From Candidatus Latescibacterota bacterium (GTDB lineage: Bacteria; Latescibacterota; UBA2968; UBA8231), in assembly GCA_965203355.1 (NCBI GenBank), contig OZ241889.1, forward strand, positions 3,968,001-4,032,000: a DNA stretch of 64,000 nucleotides, in the 5' to 3' direction. Both the position numbers and the translations under genes were made by a program. This document shows positions 30,122-41,918 of this stretch, in pieces. The notes below the pieces were generated by a model, which saw only the letters and a list, made by a program, of their open reading frames with translations, made no database searches and was not told the origin of the DNA. The first letter of the stretch is position 1. Every line of letters begins with the position of its first letter.

Positions 30122-31648
30122 CTATCCCGCAGAGGGACGGAAGCCGCTCTTGAATTCTTCGACTGCCGCGTTGAGCTTTTCCTTAGCTTCGTCGTTCAAA
30201 TCGCGACTCTCGTAGATTTCTCTCATGAGCTCGGACTGGTGTTCTCGCATGTAGACCAGCAACTCGGTCTCAAAGCGGCCTATGTCGGCCGTGGGCAGGT
30301 CGAGTACGTGGTCGATGATCGACAGCGAGACCGTCAGTTCGGCCAGCGACTGCGGGGAGTACTGATCCTGCTTGAGGATTTCCATGAGTTTCTCGCCGCG
30401 ATTGAGCAAATTGCGCGTGGCTTGGTCGAGGCCCGAAGTGCCGAATTGAGCGAACGCCTTGACTTCGTTGTAACGCGAAATATCGCCCTTGATGTTCCTG
30501 GCCACTGCTTTCATCGCCTTAGTCTGGGCATCGCTCCCCACGCGCGACACCGAAGCACCCACGTCCATGGCCGGCCTGTTGCCCGAGTAGAACAACTCGG
30601 GCTTGAGCAGGATCTGGCCATCGGTAATCGAGATGACGTTGGTGGGTATAAAAGTCGATACGTCGCCTTCGAGAATCTCGATAATCGGCAGGGCCGTCAG
30701 CGACCCGCCGCCCTTCTCATCGCTCATCTTGGCGGCGCGCTCCAATAGGCGCGAGTGCAAGTAGAACACGTCGCCCGGATAGGCTTCGCGGCCCGGGGGC
30801 CGGCGCAAGATCAGCGACATCTCGCGGTAGGCCCAAGCCTGTTTCGACAGATCGTCGTAGATGATCAGGGCGTGCTGGCCATTGTCGCGGAAGTACTCGC
30901 CCATTGAAGCACCGGCATAGGGTGCCAAAAACTGCAAAGGGGCTGGATCAGACGCCGTGGCCGAAACCACGATAGTGTATTCCATGGCACCATTGGCCTC
31001 TAGTTCGGCCACCAACTTAGCCACGGTTGAAGCCTTCTGGCCGATGGCCACGTAGATGCACTTGACGTCTTGATCGCGCTGGTTGATGATGGTATCAACG
31101 GCAATGGCCGTCTTGCCGGTCTGGCGGTCGCCGATGATTAGCTCGCGCTGGCCGCGGCCGATGGGAACGGTCGAATCGATAATTTTGATGCCCGTTTGCA
31201 GCGCTTCGCTGACCGGCTGGCGCTCAATGACACTTGGCGCTTTGCGCTCGACCGGTACGCTCTCGTCCGCTTGGATGTCGCCCTTGCCGTCAATGGGCAT
31301 GCCCAAGGGATTGACGACCCGGCCCAAGAGGGCCTCGCCCACCGGCACCTCGACGATGCGGTCGGTGCGCTTTACTTGGTCGCCTTCGTTGATCAGGGTG
31401 TCATCGCCGAAGAGCACACAGCCGACGTTGTCTTCTTCGAGGTTGAGAGCCATGCCCATGATGCCGTGCGGGAATTCCACCAATTCAGTGGCCCGCACAT
31501 TGCTCAGACCGTGGACGCGAGCCGTGCCATCGCCGACGTAGAGCACTGTGCCCGTCTCGTATATGTCTATTTCTTTTTCAAAGCCCAACAACTGTTGCTT
31601 GAGAATTTGGGAAATCTCATCGGGCTGAACCATCGTTTCGGTGGCCAT
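30122..31648 (-). CDS. atpA: ATP synthase F1 alpha
   Basis: [37 protein letters not shown]. Confidence 0.98.
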   Translation of the reverse strand: MATETMVQPDEISQILKQQLLGFEKEIDIYETGTVLYVGDGTARVHGLSNVRATELVEFPHGIMGMALNLEEDNVGCVLFGDDTLINEGDQVKRTDRIVEVPVGEALLGRVVNPLGMPIDGKGDIQADESVPVERKAPSVIERQPVSEALQTGIKIIDSTVPIGRGQRELIIGDRQTGKTAIAVDTIINQRDQDVKCIYVAIGQKASTVAKLVAELEANGAMEYTIVVSATASDPAPLQFLAPYAGASMGEYFRDNGQHALIIYDDLSKQAWAYREMSLILRRPPGREAYPGDVFYLHSRLLERAAKMSDEKGGGSLTALPIIEILEGDVSTFIPTNVISITDGQILLKPELFYSGNRPAMDVGASVSRVGSDAQTKAMKAVARNIKGDISRYNEVKAFAQFGTSGLDQATRNLLNRGEKLMEILKQDQYSPQSLAELTVSLSIIDHVLDLPTADIGRFETELLVYMREHQSELMREIYESRDLNDEAKEKLNAAVEEFKSGFRPSAG

Positions 31649-31663
31649 AAATCCTCCTGCTGA

Positions 31664-32200
31664 CTAACCGGCCAGACGCGCTCGTAGGCGCTCTATATAG
31701 GTGTTCACACTGCCGTCAAATACGGTGTCGCCAACGCGGACGACCACTCCGCCGCGCAAACTGGCATCAACTTGGACATCCAAGCGCACGGTGCGGCCGC
31801 TGCGGTGCTCTAAGCACTCCCGTAGACGCTGGCACTGCTCCTCATTCAACGCCACAGCCGAACGCACTTCAGCACTGATTATGCCCTCGCGCTCGGCGAC
31901 TTGGTCGAGGAAACTTTCGAGTGCTGCGCCGATGATAGAGGCCCGGCCTCTGACCGACATGAGTTGGAGAAAATTCAGGGTCAGCACCTCGACCTTACCG
32001 CTGAAGAGTTCCCGCAACACATTGGCTTGGACTTGGCTAGCGGTTAGGGGGCTGGCCAAAAACTCGGCCAACTCGCCGGATTGACGCACGATTTCTAAAA
32101 GCCGCTCGACATCGCGCTGCACCGCCTCAGTCTCGCCCGTTTCATCGGCAGCCGCCAAAAGCGTAACCGCGTAGCGTCGCACTACTTCGGGTGCGTTCAT
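31664..32200 (-). CDS. atpH: ATP synthase F1 delta
   Basis: RRYAVTL, VRSAVAL, VDASLRGGVVVRVGDTVFDGSV; operon position. Confidence 0.93.
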   Translation of the reverse strand: MNAPEVVRRYAVTLLAAADETGETEAVQRDVERLLEIVRQSGELAEFLASPLTASQVQANVLRELFSGKVEVLTLNFLQLMSVRGRASIIGAALESFLDQVAEREGIISAEVRSAVALNEEQCQRLRECLEHRSGRTVRLDVQVDASLRGGVVVRVGDTVFDGSVNTYIERLRARLAG

Positions 32201-32222
32201 TGTCCTGCTTGCACGATGGCGT

Positions 32223-32714
32223 TCAATTGGATTCGGGAATTCTGGCTATAAAGTCATCGACGAGGCCGCGGTTTTTCTCGTCGTCCAAGTTGGCGTCAAT
32301 CAGCACACCTGCCGCTTGCACCGCGAGATGGGCTGTCTCGCGACGCAACTCGGCGATGGCGGCGCGCTTCTCGCTTTCGATACTGGTCCGCGCTTGGGCC
32401 AACGTCCGCTCCGCCTCTTCCCGCGCCTGAGCGACGATTGTCTGCCGCACATTCACCCCAGCCTCGCGAGCCTCGGCGACGATCTTTCGCGCCTCTTCAT
32501 CGGCCGCGGCGAGCTTCTGCTGGTGCTGGCGCAGAACCGCTTCGGCCTCTTGCCGCGCCTGATCGGCCGCGGCGAGCGCGTCGTTAATGCGTTGCTCGCG
32601 CTCGTCGAGGGCCGCCAAAAGCTGGGGCCAAGCGAACTTTTTGAGGACGAACAGCACCACCAAGAAGGTGATGATCGTCCATATTATGAGCCCCACATGG
32701 GGATCAAGTAGCAT
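32223..32714 (-). CDS. atpF: ATP synthase Fo subunit b
   Basis: PHVGLIIWTIITF..LKKFAWP..LDERE followed by coiled coil; start at ATG 32714. Confidence 0.93.
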   Translation of the reverse strand: MLLDPHVGLIIWTIITFLVVLFVLKKFAWPQLLAALDEREQRINDALAAADQARQEAEAVLRQHQQKLAAADEEARKIVAEAREAGVNVRQTIVAQAREEAERTLAQARTSIESEKRAAIAELRRETAHLAVQAAGVLIDANLDDEKNRGLVDDFIARIPESN

Positions 32715-32722
32715 AGTACTTG

Positions 32723-32950
32723 TTACTTGGTCAGTACGATCAGCAGGCAAAACACCTCGCCGATCAGGGCCACGCCCTCGACCAAAGCGGCCGTCAGGAT
32801 CATATTGGTGCGGATATCACCTGCGGCTTCGGGCTGGCGGGCGACGCCCTCCAGCGCTTTGCCGGCCAGCATACCTATGCCCAAACCTGCACTAACGGCG
32901 CAAAGCCCGATGCCAATTGCGGCACCCATATACGCAAATTCCATAGCCAA
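32723..32950 (-). CDS. atpE: ATP synthase Fo subunit c (H+-type signature)
   Basis: GLGIG, ARQPE loop, ALVEGVAL. Confidence 0.95.
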   Translation of the reverse strand: MAMEFAYMGAAIGIGLCAVSAGLGIGMLAGKALEGVARQPEAAGDIRTNMILTAALVEGVALIGEVFCLLIVLTK

Positions 32951-32982
32951 ATACCCCCTCTTGTGAACGGTGTGAACCCCTG

Positions 32983-33813
32983 CTAATGGTCTGGATGAGC
33001 AGCCATGCTAATAAAGACTGTCGATAGCAGGGTAAAGACAAAAGCTTGGACGAATCCTACGAAAATCTCGAGCATGTAAATCGCCACGGCAAAAGGCACA
33101 GAGCCGATGGCGATCCACTCACTTTGCAGAATGGAAATCAAGCCCAAGAAAACCACAATCGCCACGTGGCCGCCGGTCATATTGGCGAAAAGACGCACGC
33201 ACAAAGCAAAGGGCTTGACAAACAGACCAATCAATTCTACGGGAATCAAAATGACGAGCAGCACCGGCGGCACCCCAGAAGGGATCAGGCTCCTGAAGTA
33301 GCCGAACAATCCGTTGTTGGCAATGCCGGCCCCTATCATTGCCAAAAAAGAGCACAGGGCCAGACCGGCCGTAACGCTGATGTTACTAGTGGCTGTGGCA
33401 CTATAGGGGACTAGCCCTAGTAGGTTGCAAAACAGAATAAAGAAGAAGAGCGTCAGCAAAAAAGGCAGGTACTTTTTGCCGTCCTCGCCCATGATGGGCA
33501 ATACGACCTCATCGCGCAAGAAGAGAACAATAGCTTCGAAAAAATTGGCCAGACCCGAAGGCACGGTGCGCGGCTTGCGGAAGGCTCTGAGCATGAGCAC
33601 TATGAGCAGGAGGCTCGCCACCCACATAATCAACACGTGTCGGGTGATGGAGAGGTCAATGCCAAAAAGCTCTAGTGAAGGAAGCGAAACTTTGCCTGCG
33701 ATCAGATGATGCAAATCGACAAAGGGCAATTCGATATAAGGGCTATCTTTAATGTGCCCTATGATGTCCACTTGCGCATTTGCGGCGTCAGCCGACTGCG
33801 TATCGCCAGCCAT
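32983..33813 (-). CDS. atpB: ATP synthase Fo subunit a
   Basis: NLLGLVP, KPFALCVRLFANM, VQAFVFTLL. Confidence 0.96.
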   Translation of the reverse strand: MAGDTQSADAANAQVDIIGHIKDSPYIELPFVDLHHLIAGKVSLPSLELFGIDLSITRHVLIMWVASLLLIVLMLRAFRKPRTVPSGLANFFEAIVLFLRDEVVLPIMGEDGKKYLPFLLTLFFFILFCNLLGLVPYSATATSNISVTAGLALCSFLAMIGAGIANNGLFGYFRSLIPSGVPPVLLVILIPVELIGLFVKPFALCVRLFANMTGGHVAIVVFLGLISILQSEWIAIGSVPFAVAIYMLEIFVGFVQAFVFTLLSTVFISMAAHPDH

Positions 33814-33872
33814 TTACTGCCTTGCGAAATATCTAAAATTAGGGGGGAAACTGTTGCAGTAACCAACCAAAT

Positions 33873-33901
33873 AAACTAATTAGGCCGTAAATTTCTGTCA
33901 A
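33873..33901 (-). promoter_or_regulatory. Internal sigma70-type promoter upstream of atpB
   Basis: TTGACA-17 nt-TAGTTT on the minus strand in the atpI-atpB gap. Confidence 0.55.
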
Positions 33902-33917
33902 CACCTCGCGGGCACTG

Positions 33918-34208
33918 CTAGCGCTTTGAACGGCCTTGTAATTTGATTACGTAAAAAATTTCAAATGCGAGAAAAAGCAAGTACGCAGCCACTAGCGCGA
34001 CTAAGTAAGTCTCGGCGTGGACCCTGACCCATTTAAACATCAGCACTGAGAGGACTGCCACGGCGATCATCCGCGCGATCATCCCCCCGAAGAAGGCGAT
34101 TATAAAGGTTTGCATGCCCCGGCCCCAGCCCCAGCGAATCGCTGCCAGCGCGAGTGCGCCATTGACTCCGGCGACCACCAAGCCAGCGATAACGCTATCC
34201 CACTTCAC
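33918..34208 (-). CDS. ATP synthase subunit I-like membrane protein
   Basis: Three TM helices, GGMIARM; position upstream of atpB. Confidence 0.7.
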   Translation of the reverse strand: MKWDSVIAGLVVAGVNGALALAAIRWGWGRGMQTFIIAFFGGMIARMIAVAVLSVLMFKWVRVHAETYLVALVAAYLLFLAFEIFYVIKLQGRSKR

Positions 34209-34447
34209 GGTCCATCCTCCCGCTTGCGCCGCTCATCTAGGTCCATAAGCGTCCGATAGAGTTTGTAAAATCCACCCCCCGCGCCGAGCAGGGTGCCCAA
34301 TACTAGAAAGAATGGCGTGGTTGCGAATTTGTCGTCGAGCCACCAACCGAGCAGCACAAAGATCAGGACCGTCGCCGCGAATTGAATCCCCAGACTAACG
34401 TAAGAGCCGATGTCGGCGTACGTCCCGGTCTTTTTTTTCGCGACCAT
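34205..34447 (-). CDS. AtpZ/AtpI family protein
   Basis: LGIQFA..LGWWLDDKFATTPFF..GTLLG. Confidence 0.85.
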   Translation of the reverse strand: MVAKKKTGTYADIGSYVSLGIQFAATVLIFVLLGWWLDDKFATTPFFLVLGTLLGAGGGFYKLYRTLMDLDERRKREDGP

Positions 34448-34504
34448 ATTCTACGAGCCAAGAAAAACGGGCGACCGCCGCTAGATGAAAGCTGCTGGCC
34501 GTAC

Positions 34505-34708
34505 TCAGCTCTTCTCCGCCTCGGCATCCCCACACGACCCGGGTTCCTGACCACACTCGCACATAGGCTGCCCCAGTGCATCGCGCATCGTGTTCAGCCC
34601 TCCGCACGAACCTTGGAGGCGACGATTGCTGAAGATCACGCCGACGGCCATGGCGACCATGACCAACCCAAACGCAGCAAACGCGGCAATAAGCGTACTT
34701 ATAGTCAT
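34505..34708 (-). CDS. nqrM: Na+-NQR maturation protein NqrM
   Basis: TM helix MAVGVIF, LQGSCGG, then C-x-C..C; follows nqrF. Confidence 0.85.
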   Translation of the reverse strand: MTISTLIAAFAAFGLVMVAMAVGVIFSNRRLQGSCGGLNTMRDALGQPMCECGQEPGSCGDAEAEKS

Positions 34709-34723
34709 CCTATTCCTCCCAAC

Positions 34724-35962
34724 TTAAAACTCGTCGAAGCGGATCATTTCCTCTTCAATGCCCATATCGTCGAGCATCGCCAGCACAGCTCGGAGCATCA
34801 GCGGCGGACCGCACATGTAGTACTCGACATCTTCGGGTGCTGGATGGTCTTTGAGGTAGTTTTCGTACACCACTTGGTGAATAAAGCCCACATAGCCGTC
34901 CCAATTGTCCTCTGGCCGCGGCTCGGACATGGCGATGTGGAAGGTGAAGTTGGGAAATTCCTCTTCGATTTTGCGAAAGTGGTCCTCGTAGAAAACCTCG
35001 TTGGGATTGCGCGCCCCGTACCAATAGGACACCTTGCGCCCGGTCTTGAGCGTGTGGAAGAGGTGGTATAGATGCGACCGCAAAGGGGCCATGCCAGCAC
35101 CGCCGCCGATATAGACCATTTCGCGGTCGGTTTCTTGGATGAAGAATTCGCCAAACGGCCCGGAGACCGTCACCTTGTCGCCCGGCTTGCGACTGAACAC
35201 GTAAGAAGAGGCGAGGCCGGGCGGCACATCCTTCCAGCCCCCCTTCTCGCGGTCCGGCGGCGGAGTGGCGATGCGGATGTTGAGCATAATGATGTTGCCC
35301 TCGGCCGGGTGATTGGCCATTGAATAGGCGCGGACGACAGGCTCGGTGTTGACGAGCTTGAAGTCCCAGACGTTGAAGCGGTCCCAATCCGAGTGGAATC
35401 GCTCCTCAATCCCCTCAAAGTCCTTGAAGTTGCACTCAAAGGGCGGCACTTCGATCTGGATAAAGCCACCGGGCTGAAAATCCAGTGTTTCGCCCTCGGG
35501 GAGCTTGACGACAAATTCCTTGATAAAGGTCGCCACATTGTCGTTGGAGACGACTTCGCACTCCCACTTTTTGACCGAGAACACTTCGGGCGGCACTTCG
35601 ATCTTCATGTCCTGTTTGACGTTGACCTGACAAGACAGCCGCACCCCCTCGCGCGCCTCGCGCTTGGTAATGTGGCTGGTCTCGGTAGCCAAGATATCGC
35701 CGCCGCCCTCGTAGATGTTGACCTTGCACTGAGCGCAGGTGCCGCCACCGCCACAGGCCGAAGACACGAAGACTTTGTTGTCGGCCAGCACGTTGAGCAG
35801 TTTGCCCCCTGCTGGAACGGCAAGAGCCTTGCTCTCATCGTCGTTGATGAGGATTCGCACGTTGCCGCTGGGCACCAGTTTAGAGCGGGCTGCCAAGATG
35901 ATGGCCACGAGAGCCAATACCACGCCGGTGAACATGCCGACGCCGGAAATAACTTCTGTCAT
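34724..35962 (-). CDS. nqrF: Na+-translocating NADH:quinone reductase subunit F
   Basis: [39 protein letters not shown]. Confidence 0.97.
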   Translation of the reverse strand: MTEVISGVGMFTGVVLALVAIILAARSKLVPSGNVRILINDDESKALAVPAGGKLLNVLADNKVFVSSACGGGGTCAQCKVNIYEGGGDILATETSHITKREAREGVRLSCQVNVKQDMKIEVPPEVFSVKKWECEVVSNDNVATFIKEFVVKLPEGETLDFQPGGFIQIEVPPFECNFKDFEGIEERFHSDWDRFNVWDFKLVNTEPVVRAYSMANHPAEGNIIMLNIRIATPPPDREKGGWKDVPPGLASSYVFSRKPGDKVTVSGPFGEFFIQETDREMVYIGGGAGMAPLRSHLYHLFHTLKTGRKVSYWYGARNPNEVFYEDHFRKIEEEFPNFTFHIAMSEPRPEDNWDGYVGFIHQVVYENYLKDHPAPEDVEYYMCGPPLMLRAVLAMLDDMGIEEEMIRFDEF

Positions 35963-35980
35963 AAGGTGCTCTTTTCTTTA

Positions 35981-36592
35981 TTAAAGCTGAATGCCGGAAA
36001 AGGACATAAAGGCCAAAGACATCAGGCCCACCGTAATGAAGGTGATCCCGAGGCCGCGCAGCCCAGGGGGCACGTCGCTGTACTTCATTTTCTCGCGAAT
36101 GCCCGCCAGCGCCACGATCGCCAGCGCCCAGCCAAAGCCGGAGCCAAAGCCAAAGGCCACGCTCTCGCCCAAATTGTAGTCGCGCTCAACCATGAACAGC
36201 GAACCACCCAAAATCGCGCAATTGACGGTAATCAAAGGCAGGAAAATGCCCAGCGCATTGTAGAGGGCTGGCACGAACTTGTCGAGAAACATCTCGAGGA
36301 TCTGCACCATCGCCGCGATAATGCCGATGTAGCTAATCAGCCCCACAAAGGTCAAATCCACTCCACTCAAACCCGCCCACGCCAGCGCGTCTTCCTTAAG
36401 CAGGTACTGGTAGATTAAGTTGTTAGCTGGAACGGTAACCGTCTGCACCACAATTACGGCGATCCCAAGCCCAAACGCCGTCTGCACCTCTTTGGAGACC
36501 GCTAGAAAAGTACACATCCCCAAAAAGAAGGCCAGCGCCATGTTCTCGACGAACACGGACTTCATAAATATGCTCAGATAGGCTTCGACCAT
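35981..36592 (-). CDS. nqrE: Na+-NQR subunit E
   Basis: [31 protein letters not shown]. Confidence 0.96.
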   Translation of the reverse strand: MVEAYLSIFMKSVFVENMALAFFLGMCTFLAVSKEVQTAFGLGIAVIVVQTVTVPANNLIYQYLLKEDALAWAGLSGVDLTFVGLISYIGIIAAMVQILEMFLDKFVPALYNALGIFLPLITVNCAILGGSLFMVERDYNLGESVAFGFGSGFGWALAIVALAGIREKMKYSDVPPGLRGLGITFITVGLMSLAFMSFSGIQL

Positions 36593-36598
36593 GTTCGG

Positions 36599-37222
36599 TT
36601 ACTCCTCCTCGACCTGTTCGCTCTTCCAAGTCCTGAGCGCCCATATAAACAAGCCAATGATGAAAAACGCACTCGGCGGCAAGAGCATCAGGCCGTTGGG
36701 CGCGTACCAACCCCCCTCGGCAGCCAATGCAAACATCTGCGCCCCAAAAAGCGAACCCGATCCGAATAGCTCGCGCAACACGCCCACCACCAGCAGAATG
36801 ACGCTGTAGCCCAAGGCGTTGCCCAAGCCGTCGAGAAAGCTCAGCCCGGGGCCGTTCTGCGAGGCAAAAGCCTCGGCCCGCCCCATGATGATGCAGTTGG
36901 TGATAATCAGCCCCACGAAAACCGAAAGCTGTTTACTGATATCAAAGGCATAGGCGCGCAGGAACTGATCGACGATAATCACCAGCGAGGCGATGATCGT
37001 CATCTGCACGATAATGCGGATATTGGCTGGGATAAAGTTGCGGATTAAGCTAACGGCCATGTTGGAACAACAGAGCACGAAAATAACCGCCAAGCACATG
37101 GTGACGGTGGTTTCCAACTTGGTCGTCACCGCCAGTGCCGAACATATACCAAGGCTCAGCAAGGCAATGGGGTTGGAGTCAAAGAGCGGCCTGAAGAGGA
37201 CGTCTCTCGGTTTGTCAGCCAT
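36599..37222 (-). CDS. nqrD: Na+-NQR subunit D
   Basis: [35 protein letters not shown]. Confidence 0.96.
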   Translation of the reverse strand: MADKPRDVLFRPLFDSNPIALLSLGICSALAVTTKLETTVTMCLAVIFVLCCSNMAVSLIRNFIPANIRIIVQMTIIASLVIIVDQFLRAYAFDISKQLSVFVGLIITNCIIMGRAEAFASQNGPGLSFLDGLGNALGYSVILLVVGVLRELFGSGSLFGAQMFALAAEGGWYAPNGLMLLPPSAFFIIGLFIWALRTWKSEQVEEE

Positions 37223-38014
37223 TTAACTAACTCCTCGTTTTTTGAGCTTAGCCAGATACGGCCCAAAGGCCTCCGCACCCAGCCAGTAGCGCAGCATGTC
37301 CCGGACGCCGCGCGAGGTAATAGTAGCACCCGACAATCCATCAACCTGATACTGGGCTTCGGGCCGTCCCGCGACGACCTGGCCCCTGACCACCTCGATG
37401 CGCACAGCCCCGCTTTCATCGAAAGCCTTCTTGCCGTCCCACAAGGCTTTCCAACTCGGGTTATCGACCTCGCCGCCCAAACCCGGAGTCTCGGCGTGTT
37501 CGTAGTACACCAACCCGCGGATGGTATTGAGATCCCTAGCATCGAGGGCCACAAAGCCGTAGAGCGTCGACCACAGCCCTAAGCCGTGGACGGGCAAGAT
37601 GACCTTTTTGATCTGGCCCTTTTGCGTAACCAAGTACACCGAGGCATGGAGTGCGCGACGCTTGACATTGGCGATATCCTCGTTGGCTGGTACCGCCTCG
37701 CTCTGCGCCGGATCTTTGGCTGCCCGCCGCTGGTCGTAGGCAACCGGATCCACGCCATCAACATACTCCCCAGTCGCTAAATCGACGACGCGGGGATTTA
37801 TGTTTTGGTATAACTCTTCGATGCGCTCGCCGCTGGCTACCTCGCTGGATTTCAGCAGGCCCGCGGCCATCAGAATGTTGCGTTTCTTGTCGAGCGTCTT
37901 ATTGACCGCTTGGATCGGCCGCAGCGACACGGCCGCCGCCGATACCAGCACCGAGCAGACGAGGCAAACGCCGAGCGCCACGCCGAATGTTCTACCTACC
38001 GAATCGTTAGCCAC
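37223..38014 (-). CDS. nqrC: Na+-NQR subunit C
   Basis: GLWSTLYGF, ETPGLGGEV, VDGLSGATITSRGV (FMN-Thr). Confidence 0.96.
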   Translation of the reverse strand: MANDSVGRTFGVALGVCLVCSVLVSAAAVSLRPIQAVNKTLDKKRNILMAAGLLKSSEVASGERIEELYQNINPRVVDLATGEYVDGVDPVAYDQRRAAKDPAQSEAVPANEDIANVKRRALHASVYLVTQKGQIKKVILPVHGLGLWSTLYGFVALDARDLNTIRGLVYYEHAETPGLGGEVDNPSWKALWDGKKAFDESGAVRIEVVRGQVVAGRPEAQYQVDGLSGATITSRGVRDMLRYWLGAEAFGPYLAKLKKRGVS

Positions 38015-38028
38015 TTTGTCTATCTCTC

Positions 38029-39246
38029 CTAAGAGCTGATAGCAGTGCGGACCAGCCTGCGCTTAATGTTGGCCTGCATTACCACATGGTCGATCACGGG
38101 CGCGAAGACATTGCCAAAGAGAATGGCCAGCATTACGCCCTCGGGGAAGGCTGGATTGATCACGCGGATTAGCACGGTCATAAAGCCTATGAGTGCCCCG
38201 TACACCCAACGGCCAGCCGGGGTCATGGACGCCGACACCGGGTCCGTCGCCATATAGACGCAGCCAAAGGCATATCCGCCCAGCACCAAATGCCAACTCG
38301 CGTCCATCCCGAACATCGGGTTGGTATCGCTGCCAATCGCGTACAGCAATTCGGCGCATGCTACCGTGGCCGCCGTCATGCTGACGATGATTTGCCAAGA
38401 GCCGACCCTAGTTGCGATGAGGATGGCCGCGCCGATCAGACAGGCTAGGGTCGATGTTTCGCCCATAGATCCGGGGATTGTGCCCAAGAAGGCCTGCGTC
38501 CAAGTCACCGTATTGGTAACGGCCGCCATGCCGTCGGCGGCAGCGGCTCCTAACGGAGTAGCGAATGTAAAGCCATCAGCCGCGACCCAAACCGCATCAC
38601 CGGTGATTTCGACGGGATACGCAAAATAGAGGAAAGCCCGCCCAGTCAGCGCCGGATTGAGGAAATTTTTGCCGGTGCCGCCGAAGACTTCTTTGCCCAG
38701 CACCACGCCGAAGCTAATGCCAATGGCCACCTGCCACAGGGGAATCGTCGGCGGCAGCGTCAGGGGAAAGAGCATGCCCGTGACCAAGAAGCCCTCGTTG
38801 ATCTCGTGCTTGCGAACCATCGCAAAAAGCCCTTCCCACAAACCGCCCACCATATTGCACACCAAAAAGACGGGAAAGAAATAGAGAAAACCGTGGAATA
38901 CGTTGGCCAGCGGGTTGTGAGGATTGTAGCCGATGCCGAGGATATCGATGATGATTCCGCGCCATTCGCCCGTCGTAGTGGCTCCCATCTGCTGCATGGC
39001 CAAATTGACCTGATAACCCGTGTTCCACATGGCCATGAAGATACAGGGCACCAGCGCGACGACGACCGTAATCATGGTGCGCTTGAGGTCAATGCCGTCG
39101 CGCACGTGCGTCGGCCCGTCGGTGACGCGACCGGGCGTATATAAAAATGTATCGGCGGCCTCGTATAAAGCGTAGAACCTTTCCAGTCGCCCTCCCTTGT
39201 GGAAGAGAGGCTCGGCTTGGTCGAGCAGATCTCGCAAAACCTTCAT
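38029..39246 (-). CDS. nqrB: Na+-NQR subunit B
   Basis: [52 protein letters not shown]. Confidence 0.96.
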   Translation of the reverse strand: MKVLRDLLDQAEPLFHKGGRLERFYALYEAADTFLYTPGRVTDGPTHVRDGIDLKRTMITVVVALVPCIFMAMWNTGYQVNLAMQQMGATTTGEWRGIIIDILGIGYNPHNPLANVFHGFLYFFPVFLVCNMVGGLWEGLFAMVRKHEINEGFLVTGMLFPLTLPPTIPLWQVAIGISFGVVLGKEVFGGTGKNFLNPALTGRAFLYFAYPVEITGDAVWVAADGFTFATPLGAAAADGMAAVTNTVTWTQAFLGTIPGSMGETSTLACLIGAAILIATRVGSWQIIVSMTAATVACAELLYAIGSDTNPMFGMDASWHLVLGGYAFGCVYMATDPVSASMTPAGRWVYGALIGFMTVLIRVINPAFPEGVMLAILFGNVFAPVIDHVVMQANIKRRLVRTAISS

Positions 39247-39255
39247 CGAATGCGT

Positions 39256-40602
39256 CTATCCTTCTCTTTCAATGCGCGCCAAATTTCGCCGCAGTATAGG
39301 TCCGTATTCGTATTTGCCGGGACACGCGAAAGTACACAGCCCCAAGTCCTCCTCGTCCAGCTCCAGACAGCCGAGTGCTTGGGCGCGGTCCGTATCCTCG
39401 ACGATAATGGCGCGAAGGAGCAGCGTCGCGAGGATATCCAGCGGCATCACCTGCTCGTACGAGCCGATTGGCACCATAGCCCGGTCGCTGCCCTCGGTCG
39501 AGGTCGTAAAGTCGAAAAGCCGGCCGGGCAGCAACTTAGAAACAAAGACGTTCTTGACGGAAAACTTATCGACGCCCGGCTTCTGCCACCCGAGAAACTC
39601 GCGCTGGTGGCCCTCGGCTAGCACCGAGATCTGCGTGTGGTAACGACCGAGGAAATCCAGAGGGCCAGACGCGCTCCGCCCGGCCAGCACCGACCCGGCA
39701 ATGACCCGATTCTCGCCCGGCTTGAGTTGGCCCGCCGTCAGCTCGCTCAGGCAAGCCCCTTGGCGGGTGCGCAATAGGCGCGGCTTTTCCACCTGGGGGC
39801 CGCCCAAAGCTACTACGCGCTCGGTCCACAGCGAGCCGCTGGCAAAGAGCTTACCGCAGGCCACCACGTCTTGGTAGCCAATGTACCAGACCGTCTTGGC
39901 CGCTCCGACCGGGTCGAGAAAGTGAATGTGGGTGCCGGGCAACCCCGCAGGATGCGGGCCGGCAAATTCGACGACTTGGGCACCGTTGGCCGAGATGCGC
40001 GCGCTAGGTGCCTTGCACACATAGACCGGCCCGTCGGTGAGCTTGCCCAATATGGTCAGACCCCGTGCAAAGTCGTCCTCGTATTCGCGGAGCACAACTT
40101 GAGGATCGGCCGCGAGGGGATTGGAATCCATCGCGGTGACGAAAATCGAGTGCGGCGTGCTGTCCAGCAGGGGCACTTTGCTGTAGGGCCGCGTGCGCAG
40201 CGCGGTCCAAAGACCGGAGGCCACCAAGGTTTCGCGCACCTGCTCGCGGCTTAGCCGATCAGGTGCCGTGCGCACGTGCTGCTCAAAGTGCTCTTCCTCA
40301 TCCCCGGCAACCTCAATGACGACCGATAACAAGGCTCGTTTGGCACCGCGATGGACGCCGAGCACTTTGCCGCTCGCCGGCGCCGTATAGCGCACGCCCG
40401 GGGTTCGCTTGTCCTCGAAAAGCAACTGCCCCTTTTTGACCGAATCTCCCTCGCGTACGGCCATAGTCGGTCGCAGATCAATGGAATCCGGCCCCAAGAC
40501 CGCCACCTTCCCAACCGCTGGGCCATCTTCAATCACTTGCTCCGGCGTACCAGCAATGGGCAGGTTCAACCCTTTTTTTATTACAATTTTACTACTGGCC
40601 AT
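39256..40602 (-). CDS. nqrA: Na+-NQR subunit A
   Basis: [43 protein letters not shown]; ATG 40602 preferred. Confidence 0.96.
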   Translation of the reverse strand: MASSKIVIKKGLNLPIAGTPEQVIEDGPAVGKVAVLGPDSIDLRPTMAVREGDSVKKGQLLFEDKRTPGVRYTAPASGKVLGVHRGAKRALLSVVIEVAGDEEEHFEQHVRTAPDRLSREQVRETLVASGLWTALRTRPYSKVPLLDSTPHSIFVTAMDSNPLAADPQVVLREYEDDFARGLTILGKLTDGPVYVCKAPSARISANGAQVVEFAGPHPAGLPGTHIHFLDPVGAAKTVWYIGYQDVVACGKLFASGSLWTERVVALGGPQVEKPRLLRTRQGACLSELTAGQLKPGENRVIAGSVLAGRSASGPLDFLGRYHTQISVLAEGHQREFLGWQKPGVDKFSVKNVFVSKLLPGRLFDFTTSTEGSDRAMVPIGSYEQVMPLDILATLLLRAIIVEDTDRAQALGCLELDEEDLGLCTFACPGKYEYGPILRRNLARIEREG

Positions 40603-40913
40603 TGTGTGTGCTGCGCGATCCCCTTTCAAAGATAAAACTTCACTAAACTGGCCATTTTAAGCCAGTTACCTCCACCTATCAGCAAAAATAGGACGCTAAT
40701 TTGCCGCCGAAGAGTTCTTATGTTTCATAATCGGCCAGATATAAAAGCGCGGGGGCACCGCTCTAGCCCGTTTGCCTCCGCAAACAGCCTAAAAATAAAA
40801 GCCAAGAAACGCGATGTAGCAAGACATTTGCGCGGTAGATGCGGGCTAGACCTTGCCAAACGGGACGAAACCTCGGATTTTAGACGCTCATTCACCAAGC
40901 AGACCGAGGAATT

Positions 40914-41918
40914 ATGAGCCTGAATGCGCCCGCAACGTGCGAAGAAATCGCCGCGCTCTACAAAAGCCCCATACTCGACCTCATATACCGCGCTGCAACC
41001 GTCCACCGCGAGCACCACGATCCGCGGCAAGTACAGGTCTGCACCCTGCTGTCGATCAAGACCGGCGGCTGCCCTGAAAACTGCCGCTATTGCTCGCAGT
41101 CGGCCCACTTCGACACGGGCCTTGAACGCCAAGACCTGCTGTCGCTAGAGGCTGTGCGCGAAGCTGCCGAGCGCGCCGCAGCGGCCGGCAGTACGCGCTT
41201 CTGCATGGGCGCGGCCTGGCGCCAAGTCCGCGACGGCGCGGAGTTCGACCGCGTGTTGGACATGGTGCGCACGGTCGCTGCCACCGGCCTGGAAGTCTGC
41301 TGCACGTTGGGCATGCTCACCGCCGACCAAGCCCGCCAGTTGCGGGAAGCCGGCCTCCACGCGTACAACCACAACTTGGACACCGGAGAAAACTATTACC
41401 CCGAAATCGTCTCCACTCGCACCTATCGCGACCGCATCGAAACCCTCGGCCACGTCGGCCGCGCCGGGATTTCGGTCTGCTGCGGCGGCATCTTGGGCAT
41501 GGGCGAAAGCGACGAAGACCGCATCGACCTGCTCGGCGCACTCTTGCAGCTACCAACACCGCCAGAATCCATACCAGTCAACGCCCTAGTACCCATCGCC
41601 GGTACGCCGCTTGGCGACCGCGAGAAGGCGCCTGTTTGGGAGCTCGTCCGCATGATCGCTTGCGCCCGCATTCTCTTTCCCGCGGCGATGGTGCGCCTCT
41701 CGGCTGGCCGCGACCAGCTTTCGGCAGCCGAGCAAGCCCTGTGTTTTTTGGCTGGGGCCAATTCCATCTTCTCGGGCGACCGCCTGTTGACTACGCCCCA
41801 CCCGGGCACCAACGCCGATCAAGCCCTCTTCGATCTGCTCGACCTAGAACCGAGACCGCCACAAGGTGCTTCAGAGCGCGTCGATCAGCTCGCAGAAGCA
41901 GTCGTAGATCGCGGCTAG
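40914..41918 (+). CDS. bioB: Biotin synthase
   Basis: IKTGGCPENCRYCSQS (radical SAM), YNHNLDT, VRLSAGR, GANSIF. Confidence 0.97.
   Translation: MSLNAPATCEEIAALYKSPILDLIYRAATVHREHHDPRQVQVCTLLSIKTGGCPENCRYCSQSAHFDTGLERQDLLSLEAVREAAERAAAAGSTRFCMGAAWRQVRDGAEFDRVLDMVRTVAATGLEVCCTLGMLTADQARQLREAGLHAYNHNLDTGENYYPEIVSTRTYRDRIETLGHVGRAGISVCCGGILGMGESDEDRIDLLGALLQLPTPPESIPVNALVPIAGTPLGDREKAPVWELVRMIACARILFPAAMVRLSAGRDQLSAAEQALCFLAGANSIFSGDRLLTTPHPGTNADQALFDLLDLEPRPPQGASERVDQLAEAVVDRG

Noticed and set aside
32723-32950. Na+-coupled ATP synthase or N-ATPase because of the nqr neighbourhood
   Set aside because: The c subunit lacks the Q/ES(T) Na+ ligands, and gene order with atpH is the standard F-type.
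40630-40913. BirA operator or riboswitch upstream of bioB
   Set aside because: No recognisable palindrome or aptamer.
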